Counted from the first letter of the stretch, positions 14,510-33,309 are shown. The stretch: 64,000 nucleotides of DNA from Amoebidium appalachense (GCA_963693365.1 CAVNZM010000009.1:3102231-3166230); one strand, 5' to 3'. Made by a program: numbers and translations. Notes: generated by a model not told the origin, from the sequence alone.

Positions 14510-14790
14510 CATGTGCATTTGCAATTGCCTGCACATAGAAGAAGGGGGGGGGGGGGGGGGGACGAAAAGGACTGTGTGCTGAGGATTAATGTAGGGGTGA
14601 ATGACTTCTATAATCACGCTAGGGATACCTCCGCGTTTACGTTCTGGCTGTGACATGGGGAAGGGATAAGGGAAGGGGGCAGGAGGGGGGGGGGGGGGGG
14701 GGGGGGCATATGGGGGGGGCGGGGGGGGGGGGGGGGGGGGGGGATGGAACATGATGAGATTACTAACATTAAGGGACCTCTTTGCGGGCT

Positions 14791-14824
<34 letters not shown>

Positions 14825-15284
14825 CAGCCGATATGTACAGCTTGTCAGTGCCGTTCGTGATGGGGAATATTGTCGGGAATTTGACACCTATGTCACTGGC
14901 GATCACATCTACAGCGTCCAGTGGTTAAAAGAATACGTCTCACCCTCACGCAAGGTGCGGAATGTTACATTTGACTGTAACACCGGTCATCTATTGGAGA
15001 GGTGGCTGTCCACTATTATGGCAAAGATTACATTACAGTAATGCCTTATATTTAATTATCAGTGATGGCAAATAAGGAATGTATGTCTATTCGAATATTA
15101 TATTATCGATTGGATCAAGTTTGACTGCAAGCATGCACAATTATTTTTTTTTTTCAATTTGAGAATGGATTAAATCGGTTATTTGGGGCAGTGTTGAATG
15201 GTTCGAATTTGATTTCAGAAAAAAAAAATAAAAATTTAAATTTGATTTCAGAAAAAAAAATAAAAATTTAACACCATAAAAAAC

Positions 15285-15449
15285 GATGACGTCACCGTTT
15301 CCGCGGAAACAGAGTAGATCGATGACGTCATAATTGCGTCACTGTTTCCGCGGAAACAGAGTAGATCGATGACGTCATAAATGCGTCACTGTTTCCGCGG
15401 AAACAGAGTAGATCGTTGACGTCATAATTGCGTCACTGTTTCCGCGGAA

Positions 15450-15451
<2 letters not shown>
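15285..15451. repeat. 47-bp tandem repeat (about 3.5 units) with palindromes TGACGTCA and GTTTCCGCGGAAAC
   Basis: Units start at 15285 (shortened), 15321, 15368 and 15415. Confidence 0.9.
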
Positions 15452-15480
<29 letters not shown>

Positions 15481-15531
15481 TTGTTGTTAAGTAGAATATC
15501 TTTTAACCAATTTATAATGTATGTTTTTCAG

Positions 15532-16440
15532 GGAGGGTACTGGCGAAACAGCGCTATCCACACGAGTTCTGAGGGCCAATGAGTCGCTTCAAAGCTCTTT
15601 GCCGCCCACACGTCTGACTCAGACGGCCTGGGGCACTTAGGCCGGGATTCTGCGATGGCTGCCTTCAATGCACCGTACTCACTTGTTATGCATATGGGGA
15701 ATGTTCGTGCACTGATGGATAAAATAATCCGGAACTGTGCTGCATGCCTGATACGGAAAACCATCCCTGCGCAGCCCCAACCACGGACGGTTGTTACTGC
15801 CGACAGGCCAGGACTAATCGTAAGTTGGATGTGTGGGAAGGTGAAAGCTGGGGTGGGAGGGAGGGGAAGGGGGGGGGGGGGGGGGGGGGGGGTAAAAAGG
15901 AAAGGTGGATGTTTGGAGACCGTTTGCCCATTACGATAGACCTTTCGCCTATTAAAAGTTTGATGGAAATGGCACGCTGACATTAAATTCGGACCCTGGC
16001 AGGTTCTCCTGGATTTCAGTGGGTGTCCAGAAGACCCTACAACGCGTATACGGCGCCTGCTTTTGGGCATTGACCATCACAGCAAGTATGGCCGGTGAAA
16101 GCGGAAACCACAGAGGAAGTTATTCGATTACTGGAGCGCATTTTGATGGACACCGATATCATTGAACTGTGGCTCGACAACGGCGGCAGCTTTGTATCGA
16201 ACGAGTTCAGGGCATGGTGTACGCAGCGGTGCATCACTATCATGAATCTCAAAGCATTCAGTCCCCAGGGGCATGGTGAGATCGAGCGTCTGCACCGCAC
16301 TCTACGTGGGTTGCTGGAGACCGCGTTGGCTGCTGACCCGTCGCTCGATCGATCCTTTCCGGTTACACATGTACCCTGGCAAGCTTTTTGATCAGGTCAT
16401 CATCCAATACAATCGGCGGTATCACTCCACACTCCACCGT
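15532..16440 (+). pseudogene. Degenerate intron-containing DDE integrase/transposase of the Ginger-like element
   Basis: The H2C2 zinc motif AH..GLGHLGRD..RNCAAC is followed by a GTAAGT intron, then PWQVLLDF..LLLGIDHHSKY, WLDNGGSF, SPQGHGEIERLHRTL and QYNRRYHSTL. At least three frameshifts are needed to join these blocks. Confidence 0.85.
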
Positions 16441-16458
16441 GTGTGAGTGTGAGTGTGT

Positions 16459-16524
<66 letters not shown>

Positions 16525-16906
16525 ACATGCTTTATAAATGCTGACTTTTTGAAAACCGAAACGAGTCCAACGCATGCACTAGCTGATGGTATTATTGATC
16601 AATTACCACGCTTTTACTGTACACGTGCTATACAGTGGAGATCTAATAAGTATAAGGTGGCATCATTTGCATGCCCAAACAACACACACACACACCAGTT
16701 TAACCGGTCATGTATCGCCAAATGTAGTTTGATAGACCACATAATACCGCAACACACACACGTCACATTCACAACAGACACCCAGAAAGATAGCCTACCT
16801 GTAAATTACAACATCCTTGATTTTATACTAAACACGCGTAACTACGACCTGTTTATTAGATGTATTGATTGGCTTGAGAAACACATCACTACAAAATTAT
16901 AGCGCA

Positions 16907-16977
<71 letters not shown>

Positions 16978-18206
16978 CCAGCTGATACCGAGTGTCCCGA
17001 GGGGAGCCCCTTAAAAAAAAAAAAAAAAAAAACGGGGAACCCCAACTAATTGATTTCTCCTTGTAGTCTTTATGGTGTCTCGTAGAGAAAGTAAACCCTG
17101 ATATATAGTCACCACCCGACATCTATGTACGTGATCATGATATACCGCTGAGGGGATATTCCGAGCAAAACCCCCCCCCCCCCATACCTGAGACTGGTTC
17201 TCTTTGCCTCGAGTAAACAGCGTAAACCCCCTGCACTATATCTGTAATGGGAATGCTAATCTGGCCCACGTTCCTGGATGAACGTGTTTCAAATTGAAGA
17301 CGGGCGACGTGGATCATAAAGTGGTTCCTTGCACAATGTGTGTTCCGTAAGTCAGTGATGTTGAAAAGTCATAGAGCTTAAACAGTCCCAGTTATCCACG
17401 AACTGATTCGTGAACATTCACGATTGGCTCACTGCTCTCTGTCGTGGCAACAAACAGAGTGTATATGAACTACTCTAACTATCTGCACGCTTAAAGGGGC
17501 TCGAAACCGTGTATACGTATAAACTTTTTGTCCTTTGAGTTGGGTGGGAAGCGAGCTTTTTGTGTTCTTAGAAGAACTTCCAAAAGCCCGCGACCCCGCG
17601 AGACACTTCACAGACACGCGGCCCACTGGCCAGACAAATACCACAGTGACATTCAGCCAATCACAATACTCCCTCCCCCACAGGCTACACGCACTCCACA
17701 CCATTGGCTACCGCCATCTCAGACACCCCTACAGCACTACAACACGTACACACCTTACTCACAATACATATAAGCATACACACACGCGAGCAGGCAACAT
17801 GGGTCTCGCCAAGCACACAGCAAGAAGCAATACAACATTTAACATGGAGAGTACGCAGAGGCGTGGAGCATGCACGCGCGCAGCTTTAACAATCAGCCGC
17901 CGCCGCATCAGGTTCTCCCCATACCACTGATTAATCTCCTCATACCCCACTTAGTCCCCGGCATCACTATGCAAGAAAACCCCCGAAATTCACTCACCAA
18001 AACACAAAATATAGAAGCAAACTAATACGAATCAGCTCAGCACATGACACTCTCTTGAGATTGCTATATATATTAATCCGCATCTGGATATCTGCACTCT
18101 TAATGTATGAGTGATTACCGTGGTTTCTATTCAGCCCCCCCCCCCCCCCCCCCTCCCCCCCCCTCATACACACAGTTTTGTCACACATATAACAATCACA
18201 TGATCC

Positions 18207-18248
<42 letters not shown>

Positions 18249-18524
18249 AAACACACACAGACAAAAAACAGTGCAGACACAGTTGACGATTCATGAAACA
18301 TGCTTTGGTGACGGGATGATCGATGGGATCATTGCACGTTTATTGGCCACTCCCTCAACCCAATAAGATTTCTTTCCTGGTGCCCAGCACCACATATGTA
18401 TCGCATATGTTCACTCATACACACACCCCTTCGTGAATAGCTATGGCAATGTGATCGAAAATTGATGAAAAAAAATAAGTAAGTGAACTCAAACTAATTA
18501 ATCAACTACTGAGTCAGCATATCC

Positions 18525-18596
<72 letters not shown>

Positions 18597-18720
18597 GGGG
18601 ACGGGGGGGGGGGGGGTCCAGGAAAATCACGTATCTAACATATAGGCGGGTTACGTGATTTTCCTGAACGGGGGGTTTAGGGGGAGTACGAATTTCCTGG
18701 ACACGTGATTTTCCTGCAAC

Positions 18721-18766
<46 letters not shown>

Positions 18767-19522
18767 ACACAAAAAAAAAAAAAAAAGAAAGAAAGAAAAA
18801 AGAAAAGAAAAAAACTTTGAAAACCAAACCACCACCACCACCCACATTTTGCACCCAGCTTTGCATTCCTTTACCTGTGAGTGTCTCTACAAAACATCCT
18901 TCGCAACACAGCCAAATGATCGAATGACATTTACCGCAGCTCATGAGCACTAATTTGGGGGAAAAGAATGATTATAGTAAGCCCTTCGAAACCGTTTTAT
19001 ACTAAGTAAATTCTGATAAAGATGATGTCAAGGTTATCCATCTCCCGTGGCTGATAGTTATACACCCTGCATATGGCCAGCTAGTTTTTGGGTCTATTGC
19101 GGAATACTTTATTACAGTTTCTTCTAAAACGGTCCCGCGGCCGTTGCTCGTGCATTGCACATCTGCCAATCTACAGTATGTTGGTGTCCCAGAAGTTTCT
19201 CACAAAAAGGTATTGTGTACGTTGTGTATATGTGGTTTTTATACACTTATTGGCCCAGCGGTCATCACATCTCTAATTTCTAATAACTTAAGTCTTTTCC
19301 TGTATTTTTTTTTCTCTTGACTGGATTTATTCCTGTATATTTACATATTCTATGCATTGTCACTCCCATTACAGCATTAGTGTACTACAGTACTTACTAC
19401 TTCGATTCTGCACCTCATGCATACTGTGGGCATCGATCAAATATGTCTCCTGTGTCTGTACATGTGTTCAGTTTTTGCACCGGCCGACTGGCTCGGAGCA
19501 TGTGTAGGAGCTACCGTACATT

Positions 19523-20371
19523 CTACACCCTAGGAAACCGCCCTGCGTCGGTGGCCGGCACGTTGTCACCTAACAGGACACTGCCAGGCCGCACCAGATC
19601 CAGCCGGGCGCTGGGCACGTGCAGCGTGGCGTAGGAGCTCGCAGCGTGCAGCAGCAGCGCGCTGCGGTCCAGGCCGCCCTCCCGCACGAGCCATTTGCTG
19701 TCCTTGACGAACCGCGCCAGCCCGCCCACCACGGCAGCCTTGTCCTCGGTGGGGAAGTGCGTCATGATGCCGGCCACCGCCAGCCCGGGCAGCTCGAGCA
19801 TCTCCAGCGCATCGGCCCTGCCCTCAGAGCGCCGCACATCCAGCCACCTCTGCATGCCGCCCGACGCCAAGCCCACGTGCACAGCCACCGTGCGGTTGTG
19901 CCGCTGCGCCGCGGCCGACACCTGCTGGGCTCCCTCCAGGCTGGCCACAAGCTCGTCCACACCGAGCCCCAGCCCACACTCGACCTCGCCCCCAGTTGCC
20001 GGCCGCAGCCGAATGATGCGCCCGCTGAAGTTGCCGGCACGCACAGCGCGGGCCTCCGCGTTGGTGGCCACCCCCACGCAGGTGATGTTTGCGTCGATGA
20101 TGGCAGGGAGGATGGTGTCGATGCCACGACCATAGGCGTCGTGTTTGAGGGCGGGGCAGACCACCGGGCCATTGTCACCAAGTATGTCCTTGAGCGAGTC
20201 AATGTTCTGTGCCAGTGCGGTCACGTTGGGCTGCAGGCCAGTGCAGGGCGAGGGAACAGAGGGGGGGAAGGAAGCAGTGGGCGCAGCAAAGGCGGCAGTT
20301 GCGGCCAAAACAATTCCAAGGACGGCTGGAAGGAGGGTGCCGGCGGGCTTGGATGCACTGTAGCGGGACAT
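19523..20371 (-). CDS. Secreted, intronless Bsr/alanine-racemase-like protein, PLP TIM-barrel domain only (copy 1, open frame)
   Basis: ATG at 20371 and a hydrophobic signal (LLPAVLGIVLAATAAFAA-P). The PLP-lysine motif CPALKHDAYGRG is present, along with CVGVATNAEAR, MTHFPTED, LHAASSYATLHVP and LDLVRPG. The frame stops right after the barrel. Confidence 0.88.
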   Translation of the reverse strand: MSRYSASKPAGTLLPAVLGIVLAATAAFAAPTASFPPSVPSPCTGLQPNVTALAQNIDSLKDILGDNGPVVCPALKHDAYGRGIDTILPAIIDANITCVGVATNAEARAVRAGNFSGRIIRLRPATGGEVECGLGLGVDELVASLEGAQQVSAAAQRHNRTVAVHVGLASGGMQRWLDVRRSEGRADALEMLELPGLAVAGIMTHFPTEDKAAVVGGLARFVKDSKWLVREGGLDRSALLLHAASSYATLHVPSARLDLVRPGSVLLGDNVPATDAGRFPRV

Positions 20372-21552
20372 TTTTGCGTAGGCGTAGAGCGTGAGGATGA
20401 GATATTGGGAGATGGATTTGGGCTTGTATATAGAGGGAAGACGCCGAAGAGTGTGCGTAGCTATGCTCTGGGGCATACTCGTATGCTCGTATGATCGTAT
20501 GACTTTGAAGTCGATAGCTATAGATATGAAATGAACTTGTTTGGAAACCGATCGCAGCTCGCTTTATAAACACTTCCCCAAGAAACGGGCATCCAATCGT
20601 CTTCAAGAGATCTGTTTGCTTACATTCCGAGATCTCCAGCTAAAAGCTAAAAATAGCACAACTCTTTCGCCAGACTCCAGAGCAGCATGTGTATTTGAGA
20701 CTGTGAAAACCAGAGCAGCATTTACCCAGATGTACTTTCCCCCTCATTAAATACAGATTATACTATTTCAATGGTTACTACGGATAAGGCTGCCGGTTTT
20801 ACTAATGTGAAGCAAAGAGGGGAAGCTGCTGTCCCGCGTGAAAGTTTTTGGAATGTTTACAGGAATGTGATGCCGATACTTCAGGAAAACTCCCATTGGA
20901 CCCACCAAGCGGCCTGGTGATTGGCTCGGAAGTTCTCCGTGGCTGTGCTAGGCTGCTAGCCTGGGCTGCTGTGCTTTCAGTGATGCAGCTGCAGCGTGAG
21001 CGAGGTACCGGTTGTCGTCACGGAAAGGAAAAAGTGCACGCCAGGGGAGAAAACAAGCAGTTATCCGACTTGGTATTTTTCAATAATTGAATCTCGCTGT
21101 TACAATATGGGGGGTTTATGCACTTTGTATTGCTGCGGACATCGTCAGGGGCCCAGCCTCACTTGACGGCCTACTTCGTTTTCCAGCGCAGCCAATCAAA
21201 TGCAGCTAGTGACTTATGTACACTGTATGCAATAAAACAACCCTAGTATAGATTATGGATAAGCAGAAGCTGGCATTGGTAGCTCCGAGAGAAAGCTAGG
21301 ACACAATATATATGTGTGTATATTTACTTCACTGTGGCATCATGGCAGGATGCTATTTTTAGAACAGCACCTTGGAATGTAAACAAACGAGCTTTCTCGA
21401 TATGATTGGCTAACTATGGCGATCCAAAAGGTATATATATAGAGGGCTCTTGAGGCCATCAACATCAGTCGCAACAATAACTCAGTACGTGGTGTGCACC
21501 ATCATCAGAACTCTTTTCCCCGTACTCACCACCTTTTCCTCCGTACGTCACA

Positions 21553-22406
21553 TTGTCCCGCTACAGTGCATCCAGGCCTGCCAGTCCCCTCCTACCTGCC
21601 GTCCTTGGCCTTGTTTTGGCCGCAACTGCCGCCTTTGCTGCGCCCATGGCCACTGCTTCCTCCTCCCTCTCTGTTCCCTCGCCATGCACTGATCTGAAGC
21701 CCAACGTGACCGCACTGGCACAGAACATAGACACACTCAATGACATACTCGGTGACAATGCCCCGGTGGTCTGCCCCGCCCTCAAACACGACGCCTACGG
21801 CCGTGGCATCGAAACCATCCTGCCGGCCATCATTGACGCAAACATCACCTGTGTGGGGGTGGCCACCAACGCGGAGGCCCGCGCTGTGCGTGCCGGCAAC
21901 TTCAGCGGGCGCATCATTCGGCTGCGGCCGGCAACTGGGGGCGAGGTCGAATGTGGGCTGGGGCTCGGTGTGGACGAGCTTGTGGCCAGCCTGGAGGGAG
22001 CCCAGCAGGTGTCGGCCGCGGCGCAGCGGCACAACCTCACGGTGGCTGTGCACGTGGGCTTGGCGTCGGGCGGCATGCAGAGGTGGCTGGATGTGCGGCG
22101 CTCTGAGGGCAGGGCCGATGCGCTGGAGATGCTCGAGCTGCCCGGGCTGGCCGTGGCCGGCATCATGACGCACTTCTCCACCGAGGACAAGGCTGCTGTG
22201 GTGGGCGGGCTGGCGCGGTTCGTCAAGGACAGCAAGTGGCTCGTGCGGGAGGGCGGCCTGGACCGCAGCGCGCTGCTGCTGCACGCTGCGAGCTCCTACG
22301 CCACGCTGCACGTGCCCAGCGCCCGGCTGGATCTGGTGCGGCCGGCAGTGTTCTGCTTGGCGACAACGTGCCGGCCACCGACGCAGGGCGGTTTGTGAGG
22401 GTGTAG
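21553..22406 (+). pseudogene. Inverted duplicate of the racemase-like gene (copy 2), start ATG>TTG and 1-nt deletion near the 3' end
   Basis: Near-identical to copy 1. The start codon reads TTG with no upstream in-frame ATG, CCTGGC>CCGGC shifts the last ~20 codons, and the ancestral frame ends at the same GTG TAG. Confidence 0.75.
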
Positions 22407-23337
22407 AATGGGCAAGTGTATCGATATAGAGGCTTTTGTAAGTAACGGCAGCATAATGAACTTGACGCCCAAGATATGCAATTAGTGTAAAGAATTTTTG
22501 TATAGCGATCTATAGCCTCTCCTGTTTGAGAATTGTGAACGCCGGTCAAGGAGGGTATGTCAAGAATATATGATTCAATAATGTATAATGATACAAGTTG
22601 CCTAAGCTGGTCACCGGGTATACCGATAGCAAATAAAAAAGCTGAACCGCTGTACATGTGTCGATGATATGGGATGAATAAATAAAACATCTTGTGCAAA
22701 GAACTGTAAAAAGTTCTTTGTTTTTCCGTTGCCTGTGCTCCATCTGACATGATGTAAAAATATTTCGAAGTTTTGTGATTGATGTCAATCGCAACCCCGT
22801 CACCCCCCCCCCCCCCCCCCCCCCCCCAACGTTAACCCTCTGCGATTTATTATCCCCTTGCACGTGCCTGTTCGTGGAATAGCACACCATACAAGAATCT
22901 TCAAAGTAGATGCCCAACACATACTGGACAGACACCCATCCACATACTGGACCCAGCCACACCTACCGGACCGTACCTGTGGTACGCATGCACACAGTCA
23001 CAGAAACCTGCACATGTGCACACGCAGAAGAACGTACATGTGCACATTGATGCACAAGAAACAAATGCACCGTAACCATCTAAGTATACATGCGGCAAGC
23101 TGCAGACACACCCAAAAATATTTAGGATTGGTAAAGGTGTGCTAGCTTCACTGAAAGCACCATTAAAATTAGCGCCCTAGCTAAGGGTACAGTCGGTGCT
23201 TACATGGTGAAATAAGGTAATTAGTTTCCAACAAGGGCCATAATAAGGGGGGCCCCCGGAACCAAACGGGAAAATAAAAAAGACACAGACACTGCACCCA
23301 AAAGGCAAACACAAACGCGCCGCACACGCCACGCGCA

Positions 23338-23383
<46 letters not shown>

Positions 23384-23433
23384 ACACACACACTACACAC
23401 ACACACACACACAGACACACAAACACAAACACA

Positions 23434-23669
<236 letters not shown>

Positions 23670-24164
23670 CATTTACACCCACTGTAACATGCATAAGGTC
23701 TCAAAGCTCCACAAACTCACCCAACCACATCCGCAACCACATCCATTCTTGGGTTGATGACATGTTTCCATCATGTAAAACAACAACGGAATATTCTTTG
23801 TCAATATGTATATAACGGCGAAAAAAGTCATCATCTACACAAGGTAACGTACGTAGGACTACTGTACCCCGTACCCCGGCAAGTTGAAAAAAAGCAAAAA
23901 AAGAAAAATATCATCCGAATCATATGTGAACACCAAGGCGTGCTTTTCCCCACGACCTGTAACCAGCCTTTCCCTCCATTACCTCTTTACTTGCCTGTAC
24001 ATGTGAAGTCACCCACATTTTCAAGCACTGCAATACCGTATTACGGCCGGATGCCTTTTCTTTTTAATTTTTTCTTTCTTTTTTGGGGGGGGGGGTTTGT
24101 GAATCCGGAGGAAAGACACCCCCTTCTCGCGCTAAGGCAACCGTTTGGTGTCAGGCCCTGAACC

Positions 24165-24281
<117 letters not shown>

Positions 24282-24422
24282 TCGTGTGTGTGTACGTGTG
24301 TGTTTGTGTGTGTGTGTGCGCGCGCGCGCGCGCGTGCGTGCGTGCACGATGTGTGTCCATGTGCGCGCGTGTGTGCATGTGTGTGTGCGTCGGTGTGTGT
24401 GTGTGTAGTGTGTGTGTGTGAC

Positions 24423-24484
<62 letters not shown>

Positions 24485-24613
24485 ACGTGTGTGTGTGTTG
24501 TGTGTGAAGGAGGGCGGCGGGGGGGGGGGGGGGGGGGGGGGGAGGAGATGCAGAAGCAGGTATAGGCCCATACCCACAAAGGTTTGTCGGAGGGTATGTG
24601 TATGTGTGGGGGA

Positions 24614-24654
<41 letters not shown>

Positions 24655-25374
24655 AGGGGAGGAGGGGGAAGGGGGGAGAGGGAGATTGGGATGTAAATTT
24701 GACAAAGTTGGGTTGGGTTGGGGGTGGGGCACTGTCTCATAATAGTTTGTGTACAATACAATATGTATGATGATATTTGACAGCAGCATATGCTGAGGCT
24801 CCCTGCCTCCAACTGACCTCCAGCCCTCACCTGGGCCAGGCCTCAATCACCTCTCCTACCCCAGGCGTGAAAATTCTGTTGTCCTTTGAAAACCGTAATA
24901 AACTCTCACAAAACTGCCAATCTACATGTGTGCGTGTGCTTATTAAGGTAGGGGTGTGTGCATAGTCTGTGTGTGTGCATGTGCTTGTGTGTGTGTGTTT
25001 GTGCGTGTGTTGCGGATCGTGTGTGTGTTTACGCTTGTGTGTGTGGGTGTGCGTGTGTTTTGATGTGTATTTTTGTGTGTTTCTGTGTGTGTGTGCGTGC
25101 GTGTGCGCGTGCGCGCGTGTATGTATGTATGTGCGTGGGCGCATGGGCGTGTCTGTATGTGTGCGCGCATGTGTGTGTAATGTGTGTGTGTGGATGTGGG
25201 TGGTTTGTGTGTACATGTGCGGCGTGTGTGTGTGTGCGTGGCGCGCGTGTGTCTCTCTCTGTATGTGTATACATGTGTGTGCTTTTGTGCGCCGGTGTGT
25301 GGACGTACATGTGTGTGCGTGCGTGTGTGGGTGTGTGCATTTGTGGGTGCGTGCGTGGCGTTCTTGTGTGTGCA

Positions 25375-25458
<84 letters not shown>

Positions 25459-25465
25459 GCATTTA

Positions 25466-25951
25466 GGGCGTATTTGGCAGCGCAGTTATATCGTGTCTTT
25501 ATCGTATTCGTCTTTTCGCGTAATGACACTATTCCGAAAATGTGTCCTGCCAAACACGCCACAGCTTTCCGGACACAATAAAGGCGTTGGACATCGCAGT
25601 TAAATCGTGTTTTCGAAAATCACCTCCGGAGGTGATTTTCGAAAACACGATATATTCTTAGCCAATCGGATCGCTTTAAGCCAATCTAATATACGATTGG
25701 GCAATCGACTGCCAATGGAATCGTATAAAAGATGATATTTGGCATTCTTTAAATTTGTCGTATCGAGATATTGCGTCAATGTCGAAGCGGGAGCGTGTTT
25801 ATTATTTTTTGTAGGCGTGTTTGGTACGCGCTATGCATAATCATTTCATTACCCCTAAATACGCATACCACAAAATAATTTTATGAACACGATTATTCGT
25901 CTTTTCGCGAAATGACACGAATACGATTATTTTCGGCTGCCAAACACGCCC
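25466..25951. mobile_element. PIF/Harbinger (Tourist-like) MITE, 486 bp, TTA TSD
   Basis: TIRs GGGCGTATTTGGCAGC / GCTGCCAAACACGCCC with TTA on both sides (25463-65, 25952-54). No coding capacity. A related end lies at 136-270. Confidence 0.85.
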
Positions 25952-27305
25952 TTATGTGTTTGTTTGTTTGTTTGGGTTTGCATTCTATGCTTGCATGTGT
26001 GTTCGTGTTTGCGTGGGTGTGCGGGCTGCACGTGTTGCCTGTGTGGTTGCGCATATTAGCGTGTTCTGAACGTGTGGATGTATGCATGCGTGTGTAAGTT
26101 TGCAGCTCAGGCTTAATCCAATCTTGCTAATCTTGCCGCAACCACCCTGCCCCCCCTCCCCCCCCCCCCTCCCCCCCCCCCCCCCTCATGACCGTACCCC
26201 CCCCCCCCCCCCCCTCTCCTTCTCAAGAGATGCCTTTTGGGCCCTGGGCCCAGATCATGCAGGACCCGGCAATATTTTGGTTTGGTTCTATTGGCTGCAC
26301 ACGCACCGGTGAGCCTGCGCTGATTGGCTTCTCTGATACCACAGACAGAGCGCGGCAAGAGACAGCTTCATGCAAAGTTATGATGCACTTACCACAACGA
26401 AATGCAGATATACACAGCCCGCCAATCGAGGGCCCAAGCAATGTTTACAACCCAAAAATTTATAGCAGCATGCTCTCTGCTTCATATGATTACGATGCAG
26501 CCCAAGAATCAAGCAGCTCTATTGATGCGTTAGATCACGTAGCAATAACGTTTTCGCGCGCTGATTGGTTAACATCTCCCAAGAACTTCGGCAAGAAGTC
26601 GATTTGATTGGCTTTTCAGAGCTGGTAAAAAGCAAAAGTCCAGATCCAAATTGCTGGCACGCAGCACCATCTCCAGAGTTCGCCTCTGGTGTACACGCAT
26701 ATAGTAGTGGCCGTGTGTTCTAACTAATAATGGCGTAACTATGAGTTTCAGCCATTACAACCCTCTGCTTAGCGAGCTTTCAATAGACAATACAACTAAT
26801 AATAAGTTATTGTTGGTTTCTAATTAAGGCACGCCCTGGAGTTGATGAAGTAACCACGCGCGGTGTGAGTGCACTGTCTGCATGTGTATCAAGTTCCTCG
26901 AAGTTGAGCTATTATGCAATAACTGAACAAAACAGATTCTTTCTATTCTGTTGCCAAAAAATGCACAGAAACATATAACAAGAAAACCCAACTTCTAGCT
27001 CAAGCATATAAAAATCCGCAAGCCATAAGTCAGAGGCATATTTTTTAAGGGAATAAAGGGATGCAACCAAGCCTTAGGCAATTTCTGGCCAAACTATTTC
27101 CAGACTCTTATCGACTCAACAACTCGGAGGTAGACGTTTTGCGTGCAGGTTACATGAAATACCCCCTCCCTTTCATCATAACCCGGCTTCAGGTACAATT
27201 TATGAGGGAATACGCTCATTTTCAACATACCACATTTAAACGCCGGCAGTGCAACACAAACCTATTGAACCGTTGCAACAAAAACTCAGCACGAATTCAA
27301 CGAGA

Positions 27306-32471
<5,166 letters not shown>

Positions 32472-32947
32472 GCTTAGGTTTCCCCTTCGTTTCTTTAAAG
32501 ATGAGCCTTCCCCTGCAGCTTGTAGAATTTAAAAAACACGTGCCGTCGTGACTATAACCTGTATATTATTTTTGCTGCTTGATCCTAGCCTGTTAATTTC
32601 GTGTTTCTTTGAAGCAAAGCTTTCATCTGCAGCTTGTGAATTAAGAAAATTTATATATTTCCTAATACCTGTGAGGAAATCTGCATTATTTGGCGGTTTA
32701 GAAGTTTAACCTACTGGGCTCCCTCATAATTATTAAGCAAGGCCGAACATTTTCCTTAATGAAAGTTGCCTTTATGGGACGTTCTCATTCATCAATATTC
32801 TGACCCAAATAAAAACTCGACAAATGTGGCAACCTTTATTCAATGTGCTTTACTGGCAGCATTTTATCGATTTATCTCCGTCATCTCTCAAGTCATTTGA
32901 TTTTCGGTTACTGCTGAATCTCGTGGGGGGAGGGGAGGGGGGGGGGT

Positions 32948-32984
<37 letters not shown>

Positions 32985-33099
32985 AGGGTTGGAGAGGGAG
33001 AGGGAGAGAGAGGTTGTTGTTGGGGGGGGGGGGGGGGGGGGGGGGGAGGGGGGGGGGGAGGGGAGGCCAGGTCCCTTTACAGGAGGTTTTTTTTTTTTT

Positions 33100-33130
<31 letters not shown>

Positions 33131-33309
33131 GGGCATATTTACAATTACGGGTTCCGAACCCAATGGATCCCGGAATAATATTAATCCCCCCCCCCCCCCC
33201 CCCCCCCTCCCCCCCCTCTTCTCCCCCCCCCCCCCCCCCCCCCCCCCCCCCACACACACACACCGCCGCCCATCTCTAGCTCTCGCTCACCCCTCGAATC
33301 TCCCCTTCG

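Noticed and set aside
15285-15451. CRISPR-like repeat array
   Set aside because: The units are contiguous near-identical tandem repeats with no unique spacers, there are no cas genes, and the context is eukaryotic.
19619-20494. Long antisense ORF over the racemase-like gene (also 21592-22311)
   Set aside because: Shadow ORF expected from GC-rich codon usage on the opposite strand.
26188-26607. 139-aa ORF
   Set aside because: No recognisable motif or consistent splice partners.
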